From the human T2T-CHM13v2.0 reference genome, Homo sapiens, in NCBI RefSeq assembly GCF_009914755.1, contig NC_060928.1: 64,000 bases of DNA. One strand, written 5' to 3'. The position numbers and the translations under genes were made by a program. Under the pieces are notes generated by a model, which worked only from the letters and a program-made list of their open reading frames with translations, was not told the origin of the DNA and ran no database searches. Shown in pieces: positions 14,801 through 25,890 of the stretch (its first letter is position 1; each line of letters begins with the position of its first letter).

Positions 14801-16421
14801 TATGTTTTTACTAGATACAAGTGAGTTTTTAAGAAAGTTTATTTTACTTTTCATATAAATTTTGAGAGTAATAATAATAATACTGTTTTCACATCATTTT
14901 AATGGACTTTAGTGCGAATGATCCTCATAAGGTACTGCAGTCTAGGACTGATGTACTTAATCATAAAACAATTCTTTACATCCTTTTCTTTCTATTCAGC
15001 TTAGTATATATTTACAGTACCACAATTATACAATATTGTGTGGTTACAATTTTAGGTACTAGTGTGATAAATAAATTGGAGAACAAACACAACTAAAGTT
15101 GGTAAACATAAAATGGTGGGAGCAGAAATGTATGTATTTATTTGAGAATAGGTGAGTTATGGGTGTCAGCTGTATTAAGGGAAAGTGTCAGTTCATCAGG
15201 TAAGTCAGTTAAATAAAAGTCGGCTAAGAGAGCTTTTATTGCGTTTGAAAATGTAAGAGGTCAAGTCAATAATTCAAATGCTTAGACGCACTGCTTAAAT
15301 CATAAATAAAATAAATATTTATCAGGACTATTTCATTATTCTCACTTTTTTTAATTCTAAAGAAATAGTCCATGATTACTGTTTCAAGACTTCTTTTTCA
15401 GTAAAGGGTCAACCTTTCTCTTGATGGATAGATGGTGTCCTAGATCTTCTATGGATTGACTTAAAAATACTTTCATTCTTATCTCTGAATAAAACAGAGA
15501 TTATGACCCAACTGTCATGTAACAGGAGGGATCATCTGTCTTTTCTTTTTTGAGTCAAGGGATTTTGGCAGGAACATAATATTCCCTTCAAAATCAGTTT
15601 GTTCTCTTGACTTTCTTTATAGACTCCATTTATCTGTTTTTTCCTACTCTACAGTCTTTAGGCCTCCAGACTGATGAGATCCTAATTCTTTTGGCATGCT
15701 GTCAACATGTCCCACGCAGAATAACTATTAAGTCTTTGCTTTTGTTATTCCTCTGCAATTTTGTTTCCCTTTCTGTGCTTCTTGCCTCTTTGTGATTTTC
15801 ACCTATTTTGCCTCAAGCTATCTCCTGACAATGTGTTACCACCTCTCTTTATGAATTTGTTTCTTCTTTGCCCGGGTAATTTATTTTAGTCTCTTTCCTT
15901 ATCCCTGCCCTACCCCACTCATAATCCAATATATTGATATTTTTATGTAAACATTTTTTAACATTTCAATTATTTATCGTGAATATTCAGAACAATCAGA
16001 CATTTTCTTCTGTCTTAACTCTTCAAATAATACATTCTTTAAGACTGAGAATCTTTACTTATAAACATTCATATTGCAACTACAATAAACCAATCTCCAA
16101 ATATTAAGGGCATTAACTTTTTCTTCTTAACAGAAAAAATTAATACTTGTAAATTTTGCTGAGGTAACTTACATTATTTATTCACATTTTTTCATAATAT
16201 TTTTATGCAGTAATAATAAATTTTAAATTGCAATTTAAACAAGTTTTCAATAGTAATATCTTAGAGCAAAAATTCAATGTTTTGTGAGTATTCTTAGGAA
16301 ATAAATTTAAGGCTGCAATCCACTGAAATTGATTCTATAATATTTTGTTGTTTAAAAAAAGTCTTATGGAAAAAATTATAATAAAGTCATAATTGCAATT
16401 AAGAATAATTTTTTTTTTTCA

Positions 16422-16771
<350 letters not shown>

Positions 16772-16959
16772 CTAAGATAATTTTTGAGGATGAAATTAAG
16801 CTAACGTTTTTTTTTTACAATATTTATTAAAAAGGGTGGCTGTTTAAATATAGTTTGGGATATTCTCCAACTTCTGCTTCTTACTGTTTTTAGAGTAACT
16901 CTATATTTTTAATTATTCAGTTCACTATAAGGGAAGTAGCTTTATTTTTCTTGATTGGG

Positions 16960-17350
16960 AATTATCATAGACTGGATTAGCAGGAAAGTAGAATCTGAGA
17001 TGGAGATTAGATTAGTATGTGTGAAGTTTATTAAGGAGTGCTACTGTACTTCCCTTCTTTAGAAGGAATAGAAAAGGAAGGAGTCAGCACTAGACAGAGC
17101 AAGAAACTGGATGATGCTGTAATCTCAACGAAGACCTCAGCTTCTTCCTCTGAAACTAGGATGGCCATTCAGAATTATCTCAAGTTGGGATGAGGAGACT
17201 AGACATTCATATTATGTTAAGAAGCCATTGGATGAGTTGAACTTGGTAAAGAGAAGGGGCCCTGGGAGAAGCAATTCCTGTTAAGTAACATCAATTTCAC
17301 TGAGGACTTAATGGGAAATCTGGGTAGAATATCTCATCATGAGCCACAGA
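16960..17350. mobile_element. Old ERVL LTR (LTR33-like)
   Basis: Motifs gaatctgagatggagatt...gaagtttattaaggagtgc and gatggccattcagaattatc. Confidence 0.45.
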
Positions 17351-17428
17351 TATAACTTCTCAAATGCAGTAAATATAGAAAAAAATGGAAACAGAATAAG
17401 CAAGCTGTTCTGCAACTATAGCATCACC

Positions 17429-17627
17429 CAATTCTTTAAAATTCTGTAGATTTTATACCTTTGGCCACCCTCAAGATAATATTCTAATCATTCTCTCCTC
17501 TCCTCTCCTCTTCTCTCTTGTACTTTCCAGGCCTCCAGTTTCTTCCCTCCACTCCTCCTCATTCTCCTTCCTCTCTCCATCTCTCTCTCCCCTTCTAGAC
17601 TCTGAGTATATTTCATTCTAAACATTT
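17429..17627 (+). repeat. ~200-bp direct repeat, copy 1
   Basis: caattctttaaaattctgtagattttatacctttggccaccctcaagataatattctaat...tttcattctaaacattt matches 18498-18698. Confidence 0.95.
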
Positions 17628-17699
17628 CATTACATGATTACACAAATTTAAACATATTCCAAGTTGAACCAGCCTTTACAATGAACAAGTATACACTGA

Positions 17700-18090
17700 T
17701 CGTTTTAATTTTATTTAGCTTTTTAAAAAATTTAGATGAAAGAAAATTTACTCTTTTGTTGCCCAATATTGTAAATTTTGACACATGCCTAAAATAGTGC
17801 TACCACCAACAAATTCATCTTAGAGGACAATTCTCTTGGATCCAAAATCTCTTTACGCTGCTCCTTGTTTTAGTTCAAGCCTAACCTTACACCAAGTCTC
17901 TGGCAATCACTAATCTTCTCTTCATTCCATCCCCATCCCACCACCACTTTTTGCCTTTTCCAGAATGTCATGACTAGAATCATGTAGTATGTAAACTTTG
18001 AGTCTGATGTTTTTCATTTAAGATAATGCTTTGAGATTACATGTCCTTTTGCTTGCATCATTAGTTTCTTTGTTTTCAATAGTGTACTTC
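17700..18090 (-). mobile_element. L1M (MC/MD/ME-type) 3' end fragment
   Basis: aattttgacacatgc, ctggcaatcactaatc, ttttgccttttccagaatgtcat. Confidence 0.7.
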
Positions 18091-18374
18091 TTTTAAATAG
18101 AAGCCATTTGGCAAAGAAGCCTGAGAAATGCAATTTGCAACTTGCTAGCCCTGCCTAGCATAGTAAAATCAGTACACAGAAACAAGAGCAGGTAACTGAG
18201 AGATGCTAGATAAATAAATTGTTCAATAGAAATTAAATATTTTAATAAGCATAAGATGGTGATACAAATGTAGCACATTTTTGCACATATGAACAAATTA
18301 TATATGCACTTTTCTACATTCGAACTCTGTGATAATGTCAAGAATGTGCAGTATGTTTTGTCTGAAATGTTCAT

Positions 18375-18875
18375 CTTCCCTTATCCAATTGGCAAGCTCA
18401 TATCTATCATTCAAGAGACAAGTAAGTGCTGCATATTTCTTGAATCTGTCCACTGATTCCTCTCTTCCTCATCTGTAGGCAAATATTTTCAATATTTCAA
18501 TTCTTTAAAGTTCTGTAGATTTTATACCTTTGGCCACCCTCAAGATAATATTCTAATTATTCTCTCCTCTCCTCTTCTCTCTTGTACTCTCCAGCCCTCC
18601 TCTTTCCTTCCCTCCCCTCTTCATCATTCTCCTTCCTCTCTCTGTCTCTCTCTCTCCCCTTCTTCACTCTGTGTGTTTATATTTCATTCTAAACATTTTG
18701 TACCAAAATTTCCTGTATTTTTATTATATTTATATTTTACATTCAACTATGAGATTCAAAGAGGTACTGACACATCTCTTTCGCATTAGTTATGCTGGCA
18801 ACTGGCATGGTGCTTAGAATATGATAATCAGTAAATGTTTGTTAAGTGAATAAACTAAAGATGGAATGAATAAAA
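18375..18875 (+). mobile_element. L2 3' end
   Basis: Tail ggcatggtgcttagaatatgataatcagtaaatgtttgttaagtgaataaa. Confidence 0.6.
18498..18698 (+). repeat. ~200-bp direct repeat, copy 2
   Basis: Matches 17429-17627. Confidence 0.95.
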
Positions 18876-19879
18876 TAATATTCTAATATATATTACTTAC
18901 CTTAAATAACTTATTCCATGTTTCTGCTTAAAATGTGTGCTTTTGATCATAGTATTTCCATTTCACTTTCTTCCAAGTATATTAGTTTTTAGCACAATCT
19001 TTTGAGGCAGTTCTCTAAATTTTGCTCCTATTCTCTCTGCCCGGAATTTTGCACTAAACTGCCAGCTATCACAATTCCGACTTAAGTCCTGGGACTGCAA
19101 AATGCATGGATCTCCATCTAAAATGAGAAATTGCTTGTTGTTTCTCTATTTGCACCATTTTCATATGATGTAATTATTAATTAGTATGATGATTATTTTG
19201 GACATAAATTGTGATTAATTTGAATATAAATTGAGATTGTATCACTGACGGTATTTTAGAATCTTTTCCTTTTAGTTAGTTTCTGAGGGGGAGCATCTGT
19301 TGCATTGTTCTTCAGCTCTGGCTATCATGTTATTTGAAGGACTCAGTAACATAAGGGTGGGAGGGCGAGGTGGAATATGTTTCAGGCATTTCCCACAAAT
19401 ATCATCACCATATGCAGACTGTGTATTAGATAAGGAAAGTTAGTCATGTGGTGAATTTTAACAAGCAAGCTGATAGACATCCTGACACCCAGAAAAAGTA
19501 GAGAATAAAACAGTGAGCTATAAAAAAAGCTAACAGATATTTGGCATTTATTTTTAAAACAATGAAAAAAAACTTAGAAAATATATTTTAAATTGCATTA
19601 CTTAAAATGAAGTCTATAATAATGTTTTATTAAAGTATTAAATTTTATACACTTAAAAGCTTTATATCACTTCATATATTTCATTATACCGTACACTCAG
19701 AATTGGCCATCTTTTTTCTTTCGAAATACTTATTTTTAGCTTGCAAATAAACTACATTACAAAATGGCAATAAAAATATAAGTTTTACTACAGAATCTTA
19801 TGAAACGTATCTTTATATCTGGAAATCTTTAGGATTAATCAAATTATTAATATGGTAAAATACCATTCATTTCCAAGTC

Positions 19880-20560
19880 AACAAAAATTAATTGAGCAAA
19901 GAGGTTCAGGGTATAACAACAGACTTCAAAGATTCAAAGATGAACATGCATGGTGCTTGCTCTCAGTGAGTTGTTAAAATACGTGAACTAAACCAAAGCA
20001 AATCCAAAAAATTTAATGTAATAGATTCAGATTTGTTCAAAGAGAAATGCTATGAGAAAATTAAAATGAGAATGAGATTACTTCAGGTTGAGAAAATAAA
20101 GTTATGAAGAATAGGACACATTTGTTGTTGAGCACTTGATGAATGGGAAAAATGAAATAAAAAAAAAAAACAGAGTTTCCTAAAAGTGTCGTGAAACTGC
20201 ATATATTGTGCAGGGAAAGACAGACTTCCCAGTGTGAGGGAGGTTTGATGAAAGGAATAGTTGAGATAATGCTTCACAGATAGGAAATTAACAGATTTTA
20301 AAATGTCATCATTTTCATGAGGAATCCAAGCTCTTGTAAACTTCTGGGGACTGTTCTGAACTAGAAAATAGATTGAAGTCTGCTTTAGAAGATAATTTTT
20401 GTTATTGTATGTAGAATGGCTTTAGTTAGAATAAGTAAGTAATAGAGACTTTGAGGGCAAGAACATACCTTAATAACATATTCCAGAAGACCAGAACTGA
20501 GAGCATAAGAGCGTACACAGCACAGTAGTGGCGGAAATGAAAAGGAAGTTTTGGAGTCCT
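19880..20560 (-). mobile_element. L2 remnant
   Basis: aaaatttaattgagc, catggtgcttgctctcagtgagtt, purine-rich antisense L2 body. Confidence 0.55.
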
Positions 20561-20566
20561 GGCAAT

Positions 20567-20934
20567 TAAGATAAGTAGGCAACAACAAGGAAGGGTCCCA
20601 GGTTGGGGGTGACCCCAAGTGAGAAGAACAATGAACAATTGTTCTGAAAGATGACTAATCACAAACAACCCGTGGGCAAAATGACATCCTTCCATGCATG
20701 GCCCCAGCAGCAAGACCTCATTCTGCACGTAGCTGCCACCCACACAACCCTGTAAACTTCCTTCCAGCCGTTCTCTTTTTGTAGACATCCCCTTCTCTGC
20801 TGTGCTCCCCATTGCAGTCCTGCAATGCATTTTCATACCTTCTTTAATAAATATGTCTTTCTTTACCTACAACTGTCTTGGTAAATTCCATTACTGCCTA
20901 TGACACTGGCCCCAGATAGTTGCTACCCATGACA
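20567..20934 (+). mobile_element. Solo LTR, family not assigned
   Basis: ~370 bp of higher GC, aataaa near 20846, ends tgaca; flanked by gcaat/gaaat (probable TSD). Confidence 0.7.
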
Positions 20935-22054
20935 GAAATCACAGACTTGAATAGCCTTTTTGGTGAATAAACAAAGTGGTCCAGAGTGTTGCACAGAGTA
21001 TGTATGACTCCTCTCTTTTGAATTCATCCATACACTATCCATGCTCTTTCTTATGACCAACCAGTTCCCAGAGCCCTATGGCTCAGTGAGTTACTTTTTC
21101 AACTTGAAGACTCCAGTTGTGCTCTAAGGTTAATAGTAAAAAGTATCTGGTGGAATTTATATCATCATAAAAACACAGTATCATTCAAGTATTGTCAACT
21201 TTGCAACTTAGGTGATACTCAAAAGTAGAAAAATATACACCTCTCCCACAATTTACATTTTTAACACTGGTGATTTTGTATTCATGGTGTCTATTGTCTA
21301 TGAACCACCAATGTCCAATTTATTCTAATATTCTCCAAAATCTAATTAACTTAGTTAAACATTACCTAAGCAATTGGATAACATAATATTTAAAACATAA
21401 AAAAAAACCACTTTTTTTTTTCCTCAGACTCAAATGGCAATCCTAGACTGAAGTTTCAGACCATACCCTCAATAGAAGCAACATTAATCATTTTGGGATA
21501 GCAATGGCAGAAGCATAGATAGGACAAAATTACTGCAAATAATTCATGATGTTTTTACACAACACATAAGGAATTCTTGAGTGGCAGAGTCATGGGCTGC
21601 TATAGCCAGCAGGGATGTTTGATTATGTGTAATGTGACATATGAAGTATCACTAAATCAATGGCTTCAGCATGGCTGGGAGCTTTTTTTCAGGCTACACT
21701 CAGTCTAAATTTATTATTTTCCTGCCAACAGGTGAAGTTGACTATAAACTCATTGAACCGTGCCATTTCAGTACAGAGACGGGAACCAGTGTAAAGGACT
21801 GATTACACAGATGGAGAATATCAAGGTAGAAAAGCAATGGCAGTGGGTATTTTTTAAAGTGTAACTAAAAGACAGTTCGCTGTCTTACGCGCTATAATTT
21901 TTTAAAAAACTTTAATGAGGTTTTATTTAACAACAGAAACATGTAATAATATCAAATGTAGAAGAGAACATGTTTTGGAAAATATTATGGCCCCGTAACC
22001 CACATAAAACAGTAATAGGATAAAGTTATCACCCAGAACATTTTCTTGTGCTTT

Positions 22055-22185
22055 CTTTTTTAAAGCCATTTTCATAGATTAAAGAGTACAAATGCAGTTT
22101 TGTAACATGGATATATCATGTAGTGGTGAAGTCTGGGCTTTTAGTGTACCCATCACCCAAATATTTTACATTGCACCCAATAGAT
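22055..22185 (-). mobile_element. L1PB-type extreme 3' end
   Basis: gtacaaatgcagttttgtaacatggatata...gtagtggtgaagtctgggcttttagtgtacccatcacc. Confidence 0.8.
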
Positions 22186-22440
22186 AGATTGTCCAAGTTT
22201 GATTATTTTCTGTTATAGATGGCAATAACTATATTGCTATCTATAATAGATAATGAAAGCGACTAAACATCATAGTATTTCCAAAATACTATCTCTGCAA
22301 AAGTATAGAACAAAGCATCTCTGCAAATGCAAGGAACAAAATATGTGCACTAATGAGAGTCACATAACAGATTTGCAAATAGGCATAATTTTAAGTTTAT
22401 AAGGTATTCACAACTTGATAATTCTTATCTCTGCATACTG

Positions 22441-22442
<2 letters not shown>

Positions 22443-22490
<48 letters not shown>
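22443..22490. repeat. (AC)24 microsatellite
   Basis: Perfect dinucleotide run. Confidence 0.98.
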
Positions 22491-22491
<1 letters not shown>

Positions 22492-22495
<4 letters not shown>

Positions 22496-22778
22496 GGTGC
22501 CTCTGTATTTGAGAGGTATTGGTTCCAGGACTCCACCAGATTACCAAAATCTGTACATAATCAAGCCCACTCTGAAGTCAGCCTTGCAGAACCCACTTAT
22601 GGAAAAGTCAACCCTCTATATTTGCAGAATGAAAAGCCGACGAGTACTGTATTTTCTATCTGCCTTTGCTTGTGGAGGAGGAACCCCAGATACAGAGAGT
22701 GGCCTGTATTTGTTGGGAAAAAAAAAACACTTATAAGTGAACTCACACAGTTGAAACTCATGTTGTTCAAGGATCACA
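22492..22778 (+). mobile_element. MER2B-like (Tigger-derived) DNA element
   Basis: gtattggttccaggactcc...taccaaaatc at the 5' end and aaactcatgttgttcaaggatca at the 3' end. Confidence 0.8.
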
Positions 22779-23391
22779 TATATATGTGTGTGTGTGCGTA
22801 TGTGTGTGTGTGCATATATATATATATATACTTTTTTCTTTAGTTTTTCTTCATTGTTTTACAAACTTTCTGATTTCACAAAAATAAGTATAAATTATTT
22901 TGTAAAAAAAGATTTTTTTTTTGGTTTAATGGATATTTTTGTTTGTTTGTTTGTTTTATTTTAGTAAAAGGAAAAGAAGATGATTAAGGATCAAGGGAAT
23001 GTAAAAGAGAGAGGGGGGGGGATACTCTAAAGGACCCAAAAAGAAGCAGTTCGTGAAATTATACTTGGCAAAATTTTATCCACTTCTGTGGTAATGAAAA
23101 TTTGGGTATTAAAAACAGAATTGCAGCAAATATTATTGGCAGTTTTCTGGTTATATTATTGGTAAAGATGTTTAGTTTGTATATAATGTTTTCTTTAATG
23201 CGATTTAATTCAACTTCAACTAAAATATTCTGTCAGTTAAACAAAATTTAAGTGGAAGCAATATTTGTGTATTGTTATACCCAGCTATCTGAACAACAAT
23301 ATTTCCACATGACAATTAAAGTTTGGGGCCTTGTCTCCCCTGGGGTGAGTTTGTATTGACAGCATTTCTCTACACTTAAAAAAATAAAAAA

Positions 23392-25890
23392 AAGTTTAAG
23401 GGGAGTAAATGGAGTTTTGTTACATGGCAATATTGCCTAGTAGTGAAGTCTGGGTTTCCAGTGTATCCATCATGGGAATAATAAACATTGTACCCAAAAG
23501 GTAATTTTTCAAACTTTTCTCCTCCCACCCTCACAGGTTTTGGAGCCTCTCATGTATGTTATTCCACTCTGTATGTCCATCTGGACTCATTGTTTATGTT
23601 CTACTTATGAGAGAGAACATGTAGCATTTGACTTTTTGTTTCTGAATTATTTCACTAGAATAGTGGCCTCGAGCTCCATCCATAGTGCTGCAAAAGCTAC
23701 GATTTTATTATTTTTTATTGCTTCATAGTATTCTCTCCATATATATATATATACATACACACACACATATATACATATATACATATACATATATGTATAT
23801 ATATATACACATATATCTAAGATATATATACATATATAAGAATATACATATATATCTAACTATATATGTATATATGTGTATATATACACATATATACATA
23901 TATATGCACACATATACATATATATCTAAGAATATATGTATATGTGTATATGTGTGTGTATATATATTATATATACACATACATATGTATATGTGTGTAT
24001 ATATAATATATATACACATATATATGTATATGTGTGTATATATTATATATACACATACATATGTATATGTGTGTGTATATATTATATATACACATACATA
24101 TGTATATGTGTGTGTATATATTATATATACACATACATATGTATATGTGTGTATCTATATAATATATACACATACATATGTATATGTGTGTGTATCTATA
24201 TTATATATACACATACATATGTATATGTGTGTGTATCTATATTATATATACACATACATATGTATATGTGTGTGTATCTATATTATATATACACATACAT
24301 ATGTATATGTGTGTGTATCTATATTATATATACACATACATATGTATATGTGTGTGTATCTATATTATATATACACATACATATGTATATGTGTGTGTAT
24401 CTATATTATATATACACATACATATGTATATGTGTGTGTATCTATATTATATATACACATACATATGTATATGTGTGTGTATCTATATTATATATACACA
24501 TACATATGTATATGTGTGTGTATCTATATTATATATACACATACATATGTATATGTGTGTGTATCTATATTATATATACACATACATATGTATATGTGTG
24601 TGTATCTATATTATATATACACATACATATGTATATGTGTGTGTATCTATATTATATATACACATACATATGTATATGTGTGTGTATCTATATTATATAT
24701 ACACATACATATGTATATGTGTGTGTATCTATATTATATATACACATACATATGTATATGTGTGTATCTATATTATATATACACATACAAATGTATATGT
24801 GTGTATCTATATTATATATACACATACATATGTATATGTGTGTATCTATATTATATATACACATACATATGTATATGTGTGTATCTATATTATATATACA
24901 CATACATATGTATATGTGTGTATCTATATTATATATACACATACATATGTATATGTGTGTATCTATATTATATATACACATACATATGTATATGTGTGTA
25001 TCTATATTATATATACACATACATATGTATATGTGTGTATCTATATTATATATACACATACATATGTATATGTGTGTATCTATATTATATATACACATAC
25101 ATATGTATATGTGTGTATCTATATTATATATACACATACATATGTATATGTGTGTATCTATATTATATATACACATACATATGTATATGTGTGTATCTAT
25201 ATTATATATACACATACATATGTATATGTGTGTATCTATATTATATATACACATACATATGTATATGTGTGTATCTATATTATATATACACATACATATG
25301 TATATGTGTGTATCTATATTATATATACACATACATATGTATATGTGTGTATCTATATTATATATACACATACATATGTATATGTGTGTATCTATATTAT
25401 ATATACACATACATATGTATATGTGTGTATCTATATTATATATACACATACATATGTATATGTGTGTATCTATATTATATATACACATACATATGTATAT
25501 GTGTGTATCTATATTATATATACACATACATATGTATATGTGTGTATCTATATTATATATACACATACATATGTATATGTGTGTATCTATATTATATATA
25601 CACATATATATGTATATGTGTGTGTATATATATGTGTGTGTATATACATATCCCATTTTCTGTATCCAGTTATCCATCGATAGATATTTAGGTTGATTTC
25701 ATGACTTTGCTATTATGAATAGTGCTGAGATAAACAAACAAGTGCAGGTGGCTTTTTTGTATATTGATTTCTTTTCCTTTGGGTGGATACCCAATAGTTG
25801 AATTGCTAGATTAAATGGTAGTTCTATTTTTAGTTCTTTGAGAAATCAAGAAATCTCCATACAGTTTTCCATAGAGGTGCTAATTTACAT
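23392..25890 (-). mobile_element. L1PB 3' end interrupted by a minisatellite
   Basis: L1PB 3' motifs at 23392-23738 (gttttgttacatgg...tagtattc) resume colinearly at ~25651 (cattttctgtatccagttatcc...ttctttgagaaatc). Confidence 0.9.
23739..25650. repeat. AT-rich minisatellite: degenerate TA/CA region, then 14 x 41 bp, then 22 x 39 bp
   Basis: Unit ctatattatatatacacatacatatgtatatgtgtgt(gt)at. Period is 41 from 24155 to 24728 and 39 from 24729 to 25586; ORF periodicities of 41 aa and 13 aa agree. Confidence 0.97.

Noticed and set aside
20426-20836. 136-aa ORF
   Set aside because: Spans an LTR and an L2 with no recognisable domain; chance ORF.
24155-25586. CRISPR-like array
   Set aside because: Head-to-tail identical units with no unique spacers and no cas genes, in primate DNA.
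23685-25696. Longest ORFs (668, 586, 501 aa on +; 329 aa on -) as protein-coding genes
   Set aside because: They lie essentially within a TA/CA minisatellite and are open only because the unit lacks stop codons.
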